Shown: in pieces, positions 6,535 through 16,244 of the stretch | Numbering within the stretch: the stretch's first letter is position 1 | How the letters are laid out: each line of letters opens with the position of its first letter | The notes under the pieces: generated by a model | What the model was told of the DNA's origin: nothing | Database searches by the model: none | Seen by the model: only the letters and a program-made list of their open reading frames with translations | Translations under genes and position numbers: made by a program | Origin: a virus | Lineage: Duplodnaviria; Caudoviricetes | Direction: 5' to 3' (one strand) | IMG/VR virus record: IMGVR_UViG_3300033073_000738 | Location: 1 to 64,000 of that record | DNA length: 64,000 bases

Positions 6535-7345
6535 CAACACACGTAGCTCAGATGCTATCAGTCCAAACTTTATTTACGGGTGCCTGGGTGGTTGCATGTC
6601 CTCCTACTGCTATGTAGGCAGATACAACCACGACAAAGTTTATGTCAATGAGAACATCATTGATATTGTAGCTTCTGTAGATAGCTGGGTCAATAAGCAA
6701 CCCTGGCCAAAAACACCCAACCAGGTGGACGAAATATACTACACGATTGACATCGGTTGTAGTACAGATGTAGCACTTATGGGCAAGCATTATGACTGGC
6801 AGCAGGTATTTGATTACTTTAATTTAAACCCTAAAGCTAAGAGTACGTTTGCTACCAAGTACCCCACTTATTTTAATCCGGGTGACTATGTGTTAAAACG
6901 TGGTAAACACAGGATCAGAATTAGTCTGATGCCTCAGAAGTATTCTGATGTATTAGAACCAAACACTGATCTCATCATTGACAGGATAGAAACCATAGAC
7001 TACTTCCAAGCTCATGATATGGATGTACATATCAACTTCTCCCCTATCATCTATACAGATGGTTGGTTAGAAGAGTATCGCAAACTATTTGAAGAGCTTA
7101 AAGTTACAGGTGTCAATGTCAAATGCGAGTGTATATTTCTTACACACAACATTAACCAGCACGAACGTAATTCAGATGAGGTGAGATCACTTATCTGGAG
7201 ACCAGACATACAGGAAATGAAAGACAGCCAGTATGCTCCAGATAACATCAGATACCGTATACATCTGAAAAAGATCATGATAGCGGAATTCATATCTCTG
7301 TATTCAGAGTATTTTGACCCAAGTAACATCCGCTATATTTTTTAA
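6491..7345 (+). CDS. Spore photoproduct lyase-family radical SAM protein
   Basis: YGCLGGCMSSYCYV cluster motif, DIGCSTD, FATK, RIRISLMP, HINFSPII. Confidence 0.8.
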   Translation: MKIIKQKTKTLITRDNTRSSDAISPNFIYGCLGGCMSSYCYVGRYNHDKVYVNENIIDIVASVDSWVNKQPWPKTPNQVDEIYYTIDIGCSTDVALMGKHYDWQQVFDYFNLNPKAKSTFATKYPTYFNPGDYVLKRGKHRIRISLMPQKYSDVLEPNTDLIIDRIETIDYFQAHDMDVHINFSPIIYTDGWLEEYRKLFEELKVTGVNVKCECIFLTHNINQHERNSDEVRSLIWRPDIQEMKDSQYAPDNIRYRIHLKKIMIAEFISLYSEYFDPSNIRYIF

Positions 7346-7360
7346 CCCCAAATCAAAATC

Positions 7361-7624
7361 ATGAAAGTAGACTATCAACCCCTAAGCAAAGAAGAATTGC
7401 ATCAAATTAAAGAAGGGGATGTTATTGAACGAATGCTTGCATTCAAAATTCCAATGCATCTAATTGTACAAAAAGTGACAGAAGACATCATTGACGCCGG
7501 GTGGACGTTTGATCGCCACACAGGTATAGAAGTTGATGATGATATTCCCAGTCCAGTGAGCTACATCAAACGAGTGTTGTCAGAAGAAGAAAAACAAAAA
7601 CTCAATGAAAAGAAAGTATCCTAA
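7361..7624 (+). CDS. Hypothetical protein
   Basis: Packed ORF. Confidence 0.65.
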   Translation: MKVDYQPLSKEELHQIKEGDVIERMLAFKIPMHLIVQKVTEDIIDAGWTFDRHTGIEVDDDIPSPVSYIKRVLSEEEKQKLNEKKVS

Positions 7625-7901
7625 ACACCAAAACCAATTTCTGGTGTGTGCTTGCAACAATACAGAACATCAAATAGTATTCATGTATGACGTGTATTAT
7701 CCTGGTGTTTATATGCAAGTGCACTTAGTCAAGAAACCTTTTTGGCAAAGACTAATCTATGGTATCAAGTATATTTTTGGACGCACGTCTCAATACGGGG
7801 CGTTCGATGAGTTTGTTTTTCATCCAGATCACTCAAATCAACTTCTTGAAGTATTAGATCACCTAACAGACGAAAGTCTACACTCATTTTCTTACCATTA
7901 A
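7605..7901 (+). CDS. Hypothetical protein
   Basis: CAC...EH and FWQR..GIKYIFG pattern. Confidence 0.7.
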   Translation: MKRKYPKHQNQFLVCACNNTEHQIVFMYDVYYPGVYMQVHLVKKPFWQRLIYGIKYIFGRTSQYGAFDEFVFHPDHSNQLLEVLDHLTDESLHSFSYH

Positions 7902-7910
7902 AACAATCAA

Positions 7911-8978
7911 GTGAACAAAAAATGGAACGCGTTAGGTTATTCACACTACCTATCTGATGTTACAACACAAATTGACACTCTACCACCAGCTGTTTACAAA
8001 CTTGAATTTGATACACTACGAAACGTATTTTATCTAGACTTTGTACAGAATGAATTCTACTTTCCCTACAAGGTGTATGGTGTAGAAACCAAATTTGTAG
8101 ACAGGATGTGCAAAACATGGCACCATACTGATGGTAACTTAGGAATTCTTCTCAATGGGCTAAAAGGCACCGGTAAGACAGTAACTGCTGAACTCATATG
8201 TAATGAGCTCAAAATGCCTGTAATACTTGTGCAAAAGCATCATGAAAACCTGGTAAGCTTTCTTAACACTATTCATCAGAATGTGATTGTGTTTATAGAC
8301 GAGTATGAAAAGATATTCGACTATTATAGCAACTCGTTGTTATCTATTATGGATGGTGCATTTAAAACGTCTCATAGAAAGCTGTTCATACTCACTACTA
8401 ATGAGCTTAAAATTGATAAAAACTTGATGCAAAGACCCAGTCGCATCAGGTATATCAAAACGTTCTCAGATCTCAGCCTTGACGTCATTGAAGAAATTGT
8501 TGATGACATGCTTGTTTATAAGGATTTGAAGAATGCCACTATCAAAATGATATCTGAGCTTCCCATCATCACAATTGATTTGGTAAAGGCTGTTATTGAA
8601 GAAGTGAATATCCATGAAGAGGATCCTGCTGTCTTCAAAAACATATTTAACATCAACGGAGAGGATGCTCAAAAGCAAAATGTATACAAGATTGACGAAA
8701 AAGGTGACAAAGTCTTAATTCAGAGCTCTGTAGATGTAATGCCTACCAACTTCACTCCCTATCATGATAACGATATCTTGTTTATAGGCAGTAAGAAATA
8801 TGGAAGGATAGAAAAAGTGATTCATCATAATCAAATCATTGTTTCTATAGAAATTGATGAGCCGATTGAAATTGATGACGAAAATCAAAAATACAAGCAT
8901 CCTGAATTGAAACTTGAAACTCTTGTGTTTGAACCGTCTTCAACTTTACACAGAGCTTTCTATTCTTATGCATTTTAA
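7911..8978 (+). CDS. AAA+ ATPase
   Basis: Walker A GLKGTGKT, Walker B VFIDEYEK, TTN sensor, RPSR arginine finger. Confidence 0.9.
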   Translation: MNKKWNALGYSHYLSDVTTQIDTLPPAVYKLEFDTLRNVFYLDFVQNEFYFPYKVYGVETKFVDRMCKTWHHTDGNLGILLNGLKGTGKTVTAELICNELKMPVILVQKHHENLVSFLNTIHQNVIVFIDEYEKIFDYYSNSLLSIMDGAFKTSHRKLFILTTNELKIDKNLMQRPSRIRYIKTFSDLSLDVIEEIVDDMLVYKDLKNATIKMISELPIITIDLVKAVIEEVNIHEEDPAVFKNIFNINGEDAQKQNVYKIDEKGDKVLIQSSVDVMPTNFTPYHDNDILFIGSKKYGRIEKVIHHNQIIVSIEIDEPIEIDDENQKYKHPELKLETLVFEPSSTLHRAFYSYAF

Positions 8979-8990
8979 CACAATCAAATT

Positions 8991-9539
8991 ATGAGTGAAG
9001 AAGAACTGCTTGAAATAAGAGATACACACATGAAATCTCTTATGCAAGCCACGATAGAGACAGGAAATTTGCAGCCTCATATCACTCTCTTTGCAAAACA
9101 TCTTGACAAAACCAAGCTTGAGCAAAATGCTATCATAAGTGTTATGATACCTCAAGAATTCGGTGACTCAGATACAGCTAAAGAGCTTTTTATGAAACTG
9201 CTGTTTCCTAAGATTGCAAAAAAAATTAAGAAAGAGTTCGAAGTATTTGCAACAGGGTGGGCTTCTGAAGCCTGGTTACGAGAAGGTAACCTTGATGAGG
9301 AAGCACCAGAAGACTATCAAGAAATTCCTATCAAAAAGGAAGTTGCTATCATGACGTTTGAAACAAAAGACAAATTCTATTACAAGGGGTTTGATATCAA
9401 ACGTGATGGTAAGAAAGTAACTGAAGACGGGGATATCATTGACCAGATTGAGCTCATACCTACAGCAGATCTTGAGCAACCCTGGGATGAGATAACTGTA
9501 AAAGGTAGGTTCACAAACATCCTGAGACACTTTGAATAA
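8991..9539 (+). CDS. Hypothetical protein
   Basis: SEAW...EVAIM pattern; followed by a terminator. Confidence 0.7.
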   Translation: MSEEELLEIRDTHMKSLMQATIETGNLQPHITLFAKHLDKTKLEQNAIISVMIPQEFGDSDTAKELFMKLLFPKIAKKIKKEFEVFATGWASEAWLREGNLDEEAPEDYQEIPIKKEVAIMTFETKDKFYYKGFDIKRDGKKVTEDGDIIDQIELIPTADLEQPWDEITVKGRFTNILRHFE

Positions 9540-9572
9540 ACGGCGGGTTCATAACAAGCTCGCCGTTTTTTT
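9538..9572 (+). terminator. Rho-independent terminator
   Basis: AAACGGCGGGTT/AGCTCGCCGTTT stem plus T-run. Confidence 0.8.
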
Positions 9573-9596
9573 ATTTCACGAATCAAAATCAACAAA

Positions 9597-10016
9597 ATGT
9601 CAACAAAAACAAAAACAAAATCAAAAAGAAAAAAAGACATGTCTGAAGTAACAAGGTCAAGAATGTATTCACTGTTGGTACAGGGTAAATCCATCAAAGA
9701 TGTTGCATCTACCACCGGTGTGTCGTATGGTTATGTAGCTGCTACAAGGTCTAAGATGGTAAAAGCTGGTATTCTAGAGCCTATTCATGCTTTTGCAAAA
9801 AGAACAAGGAAGAAGAATAATCCAGAGATATCTGTATTCAATCCAAGTGCAAAAGAAATTGAAGTGCCAGCTGTAGAAGACAGCACCCCTATTGAAGAAA
9901 ACACCCCTGTATTGGCAACTAATTTCACCAGGCTTATTGTAAATGACACTGAGGTGAATATTTCTAAAGCAAAAGAAGTGGTTATCAATCGCAAAGGGAT
10001 CAAAATCGTATACTAA
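9597..10016 (+). CDS. HTH DNA-binding protein
   Basis: Basic N-terminus; GKSIKDVASTTGVSYGYV helix-turn-helix. Confidence 0.65.
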   Translation: MSTKTKTKSKRKKDMSEVTRSRMYSLLVQGKSIKDVASTTGVSYGYVAATRSKMVKAGILEPIHAFAKRTRKKNNPEISVFNPSAKEIEVPAVEDSTPIEENTPVLATNFTRLIVNDTEVNISKAKEVVINRKGIKIVY

Positions 10017-10017
10017 T

Positions 10018-10191
10018 ATGTTGAAATTATTGAAGCAACTGGTGTCTACCAGAAAAAGCAAATTAGAAACATTAGAGAAAGAGAACTTGGAGCTTAAGAT
10101 GAAACTCGAGAAACGCCAGGAGGACATCAATAAAACCAACGCATATTGGAAGAAAAAGTTCAATGTTCTCAAGAGCTCTAAAAATCTGTAA
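10018..10191 (+). CDS. 57-aa basic coiled-coil protein (below ORF track cutoff)
   Basis: MLKLLKQLVSTRKSKLETLEKENLELKMKLEKRQEDINKTNAYWKKK; starts 2 nt after the previous stop. Confidence 0.6.
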   Translation: MLKLLKQLVSTRKSKLETLEKENLELKMKLEKRQEDINKTNAYWKKKFNVLKSSKNL

Positions 10192-10276
10192 ACTATTAGC
10201 TCTATAATCCATCTATAGTTTCAGGACGTTTTGTATTACAAAAGCATATGGGTAGTTTTATATAACATACATCCCT

Positions 10277-10525
10277 ATGCTTTATCAATTACCTAACGGA
10301 AAGGTGATTGAAATCAGCACTGAGCAGTTTATTGAAATGTCTGATGAAGAACTAGAATATCTGATTGCTTACAATTATGGAGACCTACTAGAGGACCCCT
10401 GGTTTGGTTCAGTATTAAGCAAACAATCTAGTGAAGAACCTGATATAGCTCCCGACCTGATTGATATCCCCACACAAGAAAAGTTGATGGACCCCGATTT
10501 AGACTTCAATCCAGAAGTAGACTAA
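10277..10525 (+). CDS. Acidic hypothetical protein
   Basis: MLYQLPNGKVI...MSDEELEYL. Confidence 0.7.
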   Translation: MLYQLPNGKVIEISTEQFIEMSDEELEYLIAYNYGDLLEDPWFGSVLSKQSSEEPDIAPDLIDIPTQEKLMDPDLDFNPEVD

Positions 10526-10543
10526 ACTCGGAACATATTTAAC

Positions 10544-10586
10544 GCCCTGTTCTTACACAACCCTATGTGCGAGACAGGGCTTTTTT
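10544..10586 (+). terminator. Rho-independent terminator
   Basis: GCCCTGT/ACAGGGC long stem plus TTTTTT. Confidence 0.75.
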
Positions 10587-10605
10587 ATTTCAAACAATAA
10601 GCATT

Positions 10606-11076
10606 ATGAGTAAAGTGATTGTAACGGCAGGTGCCGACAATAACGTTATCAACGTGTCAGAAAACCCAGAGTATGGGTATATCCGTCTGATGCAAGAAAA
10701 CATCAAAGTGACCAAAGGTGGTTGGCTGCGTATTGAAAAACGCACAGCACTGCTTCATGGCACCATGGTAGATCTGTTGAAACTCAAATTTCAACCCAAC
10801 CAGGAACTTTCTGGTAAAATCATCGTCAAAGAGTCTTTCACACCTTTTAATGAGAAACACCCTGACCGCAACCTTAAGATTGCCGGTAAAACAGGTGTTG
10901 TCTTACGTGTGAACGATCAGCCCATTTATCGTCAGACATTCTATACAATGGATGAAAACGAAACAGATGAGTTGATTCAACATGACACAGACTGTCGTAA
11001 CGAGATTAAAGAAGTTATGGCGTCCCAGAAGGCACTTGAAGAACTCAGTATTTTCAGCGACGACGCTGATTTATAA
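10606..11076 (+). CDS. Hypothetical protein, possible ssDNA-binding protein
   Basis: Start moved to MSKVIV downstream of the terminator; beta-rich with acidic tail DDADL. Confidence 0.55.
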   Translation: MSKVIVTAGADNNVINVSENPEYGYIRLMQENIKVTKGGWLRIEKRTALLHGTMVDLLKLKFQPNQELSGKIIVKESFTPFNEKHPDRNLKIAGKTGVVLRVNDQPIYRQTFYTMDENETDELIQHDTDCRNEIKEVMASQKALEELSIFSDDADL

Positions 11077-11081
11077 TCAGT

Positions 11082-11111
11082 TAGAGGGGGTGGATAAAAA
11101 CACCCCCTCTA
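11082..11111 (+). terminator. Intergenic hairpin or weak terminator
   Basis: TAGAGGGGGTG/CACCCCCTCTA perfect 11-bp stem, short T tract. Confidence 0.55.
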
Positions 11112-11180
11112 CATTTATAAACCTCCGGTATTTATTTGTAGAACAATTGTACATTTACAAACCCCCAAATTGTAGATTAT

Positions 11181-11702
11181 ATGAAAATCAATCCACACAA
11201 AACCATTTCAGCAACGGCTGAAGGGATTACAATCTCATACAGAGAATCATACAAGTATCAGTTTCTGGGTTATCAAAATGGTTGTGTACAACAACCGCCT
11301 CGTAAGAAGTATCAAACTTTTGATAAGCCCGCATTTAACCACAAGCAACAGAAATTGTACTCAGAAACAGTATATGGATTGAATGCGTTTACCAAAGCGG
11401 AAGTGACATGTATGTCAGCTCAACGTAAAAGATCCATTATCCGAAGGTATACAGCTTGCCAAAATGTACTGAATCAATGGAAGCAGGATATAGTCAATGA
11501 GAAAGTAGACCACTTTCTACAGACTCTATTTCCCCATTCTAAACTGGTGAAATTCATCACAGGCGTCAAAGCTGTAGATACCAAAATCGTCGATAGACAC
11601 ACTTTTAAAGAATTAGGCATTAACCAGGTAGATATTGCCAGGAAACTAATCGAAGTGGGTATTCTACCAAAAGACTTTTTCACTCTTGAACATTCTATTT
11701 GA
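11181..11702 (+). CDS. Hypothetical protein
   Basis: 173-aa ORF; TFKELGI...LIEVGILPKDF. Confidence 0.7.
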   Translation: MKINPHKTISATAEGITISYRESYKYQFLGYQNGCVQQPPRKKYQTFDKPAFNHKQQKLYSETVYGLNAFTKAEVTCMSAQRKRSIIRRYTACQNVLNQWKQDIVNEKVDHFLQTLFPHSKLVKFITGVKAVDTKIVDRHTFKELGINQVDIARKLIEVGILPKDFFTLEHSI

Positions 11703-11706
11703 AAAC

Positions 11707-11961
11707 ATGGAGCATATATTCATCTCAAACGGTGTGACACAATTGGTTCTCATACCAGAAAACGAAGTAGACAGATTGTTGATGGACCGCATTCTTGGTG
11801 ACGGTAGCCCTATTGAAATAGAATACATACGTCAAAACGTAGGTATTCTGGGCAAGTCTGTAAAGAACGGCATCATCATCAGAAAAAAACAACCCTATGA
11901 TTCAATCCAAGCAGAAACTGTGCAAAGGGTGTCAGTCACTGAAGCCGATCTGGAAGAGTGA
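11707..11961 (+). CDS. Hypothetical protein
   Basis: ATG (MEHIF) just after the previous stop. Confidence 0.6.
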   Translation: MEHIFISNGVTQLVLIPENEVDRLLMDRILGDGSPIEIEYIRQNVGILGKSVKNGIIIRKKQPYDSIQAETVQRVSVTEADLEE

Positions 11962-12304
11962 CGGTAAAGACAAATATTGTAAGGAGTGCTGGTATAAAAT
12001 CCAGCCTCCTAAAGGTATTGCTAAACCAACTAAACGACCCAACCCCATTAGTCAAAAAATGGAGAAGAATCTAAAAGACTACAATGCTCTTAGACGACTC
12101 TTCATGATTGGCAATCCATCATGTCAAGCCAAGTTAGTTGGCTGTGGTGGAAAAGCTACAGATGTACACCACAAAGCAGGACGTGGTGAAAATCTATTAA
12201 AGATAGGCACATGGTTATCTGTGTGCAGATCCTGTCATCAATGGATAGAAGAACATCCTGCAGAAGCCAAAGAACTTGGCTTTTCTGAAAACCGTTTAAA
12301 CTAA
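11897..12304 (+). CDS. Zn-binding HNH endonuclease-like protein
   Basis: CxxC pairs, DVHHKAGR, VCRSCH. Confidence 0.75.
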   Translation: MIQSKQKLCKGCQSLKPIWKSDGKDKYCKECWYKIQPPKGIAKPTKRPNPISQKMEKNLKDYNALRRLFMIGNPSCQAKLVGCGGKATDVHHKAGRGENLLKIGTWLSVCRSCHQWIEEHPAEAKELGFSENRLN

Positions 12305-12309
12305 TAAAG

Positions 12310-12615
12310 ATGTTTAGTAAAAAAGAAATCATTGAAATTGGAAGGCTCTTAGAAGCTGTTGATACATTTAATAGTAGAGTTACTATGAATATTGTACCTG
12401 ATGTAAAAGTTCCAGAAAGAAAGTATGTACAGGTAAGATCTAGTGCTCGTCTTACTAAAGGAAAAAGAATCTGGCTTGGTAAATATGTAGGTAAACTAGA
12501 TTGTTATACTCCTGAAGATTTAGCAAAAGCTAAAGAGTCATTAAAAAAACGCTGTTATGACTTTGTCAATCAAGAACTATCTAAGTACAACTGTAAAGTA
12601 GAAGATTTCAAATAA
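12310..12615 (+). CDS. Hypothetical protein
   Basis: Packed ORF. Confidence 0.6.
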   Translation: MFSKKEIIEIGRLLEAVDTFNSRVTMNIVPDVKVPERKYVQVRSSARLTKGKRIWLGKYVGKLDCYTPEDLAKAKESLKKRCYDFVNQELSKYNCKVEDFK

Positions 12616-12641
12616 GAAACAACTATCAAACTGACAGAGAA

Positions 12642-12998
12642 ATGAAAGCAATTCTCATCGACTCTATTAACAAAGAGGTTAAAGAAGTGACCCTCGACCC
12701 TGACAGCAATATGCTGCATCAGTGGTATAAACTTCTTGACTGTGACATGGTACAAGTTGGTCACTATCTAAATGAACATGACTCTATTATTGTAGATGAA
12801 GAAGGTTTACTCAAACCTTGTGACAATTATTTCACCTATGAAGGTGCTCATCAACCATTTGCCGGTAGCGGTCTATTGGTAGGTGTAGATGATGAAGGTG
12901 AAACAGTAGCCTGTGACGTTTCTGTTGACGATGTTAAAGGCAAAATAAAGTTCCTCGACAGAGAGAAGGTTCTTGATTTGATATCTAAATACATCTAA
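12642..12998 (+). CDS. DUF3846-like protein
   Basis: VDEEGLL...FAG.GLLVG.D.EGE. Confidence 0.65.
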   Translation: MKAILIDSINKEVKEVTLDPDSNMLHQWYKLLDCDMVQVGHYLNEHDSIIVDEEGLLKPCDNYFTYEGAHQPFAGSGLLVGVDDEGETVACDVSVDDVKGKIKFLDREKVLDLISKYI

Positions 12999-13000
12999 CA

Positions 13001-13300
13001 ATGACCTATCAGGATATAAGGGACAAATACGTCCAAAAAGTAAAGAACTATTTACAAAACGTGTGGAAAATACAACCGTCTTTCCACCTCTGTGATGTAA
13101 TAGCAAGTGTGCTGATGCAACGTGATGGTGTTATAGATCATGGTGGACACTTTGTACAAGCTGTATTGAGAAATGACCTACAAGAGTCATTTGCCAGGGC
13201 AGACTATGAGATACAAAACAACATGAGATATATTCTTGCCACTCTTGTAAACGTCGGTACACCGGCTGTAAAACTTCCAGAAGATCAATATGTAAAATGA
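13001..13300 (+). CDS. Hypothetical protein
   Basis: GGHFVQAVL.NDL..(S/A)F.RAD motif. Confidence 0.7.
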   Translation: MTYQDIRDKYVQKVKNYLQNVWKIQPSFHLCDVIASVLMQRDGVIDHGGHFVQAVLRNDLQESFARADYEIQNNMRYILATLVNVGTPAVKLPEDQYVK

Positions 13301-14403
13301 GTAAAAGAGATGAAATCCAAGAAGGTGCATTGACCGTAGCGTTATCACATAAACGCTGCGGTCTTGCTATTTCTATGGGTGTAGGTAAGACATTGGTGGG
13401 TCTTAAATATATAAGCCACCTACAGGAGAAGAACATGAACCAACTTAAAGTACTTGTTGTAGCTCCTAAAATAAGCATATTTGACACCTGGCGTTCAGAT
13501 GCAGAAAAGTTCAATATTGACATTTCATCTTGTGATTTTATTACATATCTGTCTTTGAACAAGATGAACCCACACGCATATGACGTAGTGGTACTTGATG
13601 AATGTCATAGTCTTCTGAATAGTCACAGTGTATTTCTTGCCATGTACAGTGGTAAGATATTAGGTCTCACCGGCACTCCACCACGTTATGAGGAGTCTGA
13701 AAAAGGCGTAATGGTGCGTAGTTATTGTCCAATCATGTACAGGTATATCACTGACGATGCAGTTAGTGATAACATCCTCAATGACTACAGGATAATAGTG
13801 CACTATCTCCCCCTATCTGAAAGTAATAACTATAGAGTTCAAGCCGGCAGTAAACAGTTCTGGACATCAGAACGTAAGAGTTATGATTTCTGGAGCAAAC
13901 GTCTAATGGATGCAGACACTAAAAAACAGGAACAAATAGCATCTGTCATGCGTATGAGAGCTATGATGGATTTCTCTACAAAAGAAGCATATGCTAAAGA
14001 CCTGCTGTTAGACATCGAGGACAAATGTATCGTCTTCTGCAACACTATGGAACAAGCAGACAGACTTTGTAAAGAATCTTATCATTCCAAAAATCCAAAT
14101 AGTGAGGAGAACTTACAGCTTTTTAAAACGGGTGAGCTCAAACAGCTAAGCTGCGTATTACAGCTTAATGAAGGTGTCAACATCCCTAATTTAAGAGCAG
14201 GTGTCATTCTACATGCTTACGGTAATGAGAGAAAAAGCTCACAACGTATAGGACGACTCCTCAGGTTGAATCCTGACGACACAGCCACTGTACATATACT
14301 CTGTTATAAAGATACAGTGGATGAACGTTGGGTAAGAAACGCTCTCTCAGATTTGGATGCGGACAAAATCACGCATGTATATGACACAATCCTTTACAGG
14401 TAA
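13297..14403 (+). CDS. Superfamily 2 (DExH) helicase
   Basis: MGVGKT, LDECH, LTGTP, NEGVN, QRIGRLLR. Confidence 0.9.
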   Translation: MSKRDEIQEGALTVALSHKRCGLAISMGVGKTLVGLKYISHLQEKNMNQLKVLVVAPKISIFDTWRSDAEKFNIDISSCDFITYLSLNKMNPHAYDVVVLDECHSLLNSHSVFLAMYSGKILGLTGTPPRYEESEKGVMVRSYCPIMYRYITDDAVSDNILNDYRIIVHYLPLSESNNYRVQAGSKQFWTSERKSYDFWSKRLMDADTKKQEQIASVMRMRAMMDFSTKEAYAKDLLLDIEDKCIVFCNTMEQADRLCKESYHSKNPNSEENLQLFKTGELKQLSCVLQLNEGVNIPNLRAGVILHAYGNERKSSQRIGRLLRLNPDDTATVHILCYKDTVDERWVRNALSDLDADKITHVYDTILYR

Positions 14404-14776
14404 ACTGGTAAAAAGAAACGGTGGTTTGAGAACCACGTCATCTGGAGCGTCAAAACAATTAGAAAGCTTTATTGACCAGATCCCAGAGGGGACGATAATA
14501 GAGTTCTTCTACGAGACACAACATGATGACGGCACCCTACCCCAATTAGCTAAGCTGCACGTGATGATACGACAGCTTGCTACTCATATCGGTGAGACTG
14601 TAGAAAACATGAAGATCCTTGTGAAAGACCGTGCAGGTCTTTGTATCATGAGAGAAGTATCAGGTAAAGAGTATTTCTTAGCTAAAAGCTTTGCTGAATG
14701 TTCCAGGGAAGATCTTTCCCTGGCCATTCAAGCATGTATTGAGATAGGTAGTGAAGTTAATTTGTATTTGGTGTAA
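14381..14776 (+). CDS. NinB/Orf-like protein (tentative)
   Basis: Q...LH..IR.LA...G.....K...SFAECS..DLS..I pattern. Confidence 0.45.
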   Translation: MTQSFTGKLVKRNGGLRTTSSGASKQLESFIDQIPEGTIIEFFYETQHDDGTLPQLAKLHVMIRQLATHIGETVENMKILVKDRAGLCIMREVSGKEYFLAKSFAECSREDLSLAIQACIEIGSEVNLYLV

Positions 14777-15038
14777 CCTCCACTTCAATAAACTGCTGAG
14801 TCTCTACAGCTTTGTTCTCTATTTCCCTAAGTAATAGAACTAGTGTTACAGAATGTCTCAAAATTGGTTCATTCAAGTCTAAGTCTTTAGCCTCCAACAT
14901 ATCTAAAAGTTGTTTGCTCTGTTCTGGAGTAAGCAATGAGCATACATAAACGGTGGCTTCTTGCAGATTAGATATAAACGAGGAACCAAAAGTCAACGTT
15001 ATCTGAGCATCTTTCTTGATTCTTTTTTCTGTAGGCAT
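14757..15038 (-). CDS. Hypothetical protein (lone minus-strand gene)
   Basis: 93-aa ORF MPTEKRIKKDAQ fills the gap between plus-strand genes. Confidence 0.6.
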   Translation of the reverse strand: MPTEKRIKKDAQITLTFGSSFISNLQEATVYVCSLLTPEQSKQLLDMLEAKDLDLNEPILRHSVTLVLLLREIENKAVETQQFIEVEVTPNTN

Positions 15039-15072
15039 TTCGTATCTGTTTTGTACAAATTTATAGATTTTT

Positions 15073-15792
15073 ATGACACCTACTGTAGACCTTGAGCTTA
15101 TCAAGACTAAACTTATCGAAAAACTAAAACCCTCTGGTTGGGCTACAAAGCTCAGAGGGTATGTACAATCTAGTGACTTTGATAAAGTACTGGAAACACT
15201 CTATTCTCTACGAGAAGATGGTAAACGATTCACACCCCCACTCAAAGATGTATTCAGAGCTTTCGAAGAATGCCCTGAAAAACAACTAAAGGTTGTGATT
15301 ATCGGACAAGACCCCTATCCACAATTAGGGGTAGCAGACGGAATAGCTTTTAGCTGTTCCAACACGGGTAAGATACAACCCAGTCTTCAAAAGCTATTTG
15401 AAGAGATCAAAGACACAGTCTATCCAGATGAGAAAGTAGAAATGGATCCTAACTTAACCCGTTGGGCTAATCAAGGTGTATTGCTTATTAATACAGCACT
15501 CACCTGTCAATTAGACAAACCCGGATCGCATTTTAATGTATGGCAAAGCTTTTTAGTGTATTTACTAGATATTTTAAGCTTAACCAATACAGGGTTAATG
15601 TTTGTATTCATGGGTCAGAAAGCTCAAGAATATGAGAATCTTATCAACCCAGACTGTCATCATGTATTTAGAACGTCCCACCCTGCGTCAGCAGCTTATA
15701 ACCAAGGTAAGTGGGACTGTAAAGACGTCTTTAACAAGATAAACGAGATTCTGAGAAAGACTAATGGAGAAAGCTACACAATTAAATGGTAA
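15073..15792 (+). CDS. ung: Uracil-DNA glycosylase, family 1
   Basis: KVVIIGQDPYP, ADGIAFS, WANQGVLLINTALT, SHPAS. Confidence 0.92.
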   Translation: MTPTVDLELIKTKLIEKLKPSGWATKLRGYVQSSDFDKVLETLYSLREDGKRFTPPLKDVFRAFEECPEKQLKVVIIGQDPYPQLGVADGIAFSCSNTGKIQPSLQKLFEEIKDTVYPDEKVEMDPNLTRWANQGVLLINTALTCQLDKPGSHFNVWQSFLVYLLDILSLTNTGLMFVFMGQKAQEYENLINPDCHHVFRTSHPASAAYNQGKWDCKDVFNKINEILRKTNGESYTIKW

Positions 15793-15799
15793 TACAACT

Positions 15800-16186
15800 A
15801 TGCAAATCAAGACAGTCAACTTGCAACTATCGCAGCTATTCGAAGACCTGGCATCTGGTATGACCTGGTTCAAACGTGATGACCTTGGTTACGGCTCTAT
15901 TCAAGAGAAGTACAAGGCAAACGACATGCAAATCAACATTATTAAGAAAGATCCACGTCTTAAAGACGCTGTGACATGTACAACTATTTTTAAAATCATC
16001 GACGACACAAATGGAACCGAATTTTCCGACAGCAAATCTAACACCAACCCAAGTAGCTCAACTGTTAAAAATGCAGAACTATCTGAGCCCAAGTCAACTA
16101 ACGTCAATAGTAAAAGCATACGAAGCGCAGAACCTCAACACACTGACGTCAACGACGACGACCTCACAGCTTTCGCCAATCTCTGA
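15800..16186 (+). CDS. Hypothetical protein with low-complexity acidic tail
   Basis: Start MQIKTV follows the ung stop. Confidence 0.6.
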   Translation: MQIKTVNLQLSQLFEDLASGMTWFKRDDLGYGSIQEKYKANDMQINIIKKDPRLKDAVTCTTIFKIIDDTNGTEFSDSKSNTNPSSSTVKNAELSEPKSTNVNSKSIRSAEPQHTDVNDDDLTAFANL

Positions 16187-16244
16187 GCAACCTAAAGAAG
16201 AACCTGTAATTACTAACCTAAACACTCCAGAAAAGCAAAAAGAC

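Noticed and set aside
16011-16244. N-terminal extensions in the ORF track (16011, 17393, 10567, 29074, 29339, 28522, 53295)
   Set aside because: They overlap upstream genes or terminators; downstream ATGs fit gene packing better.
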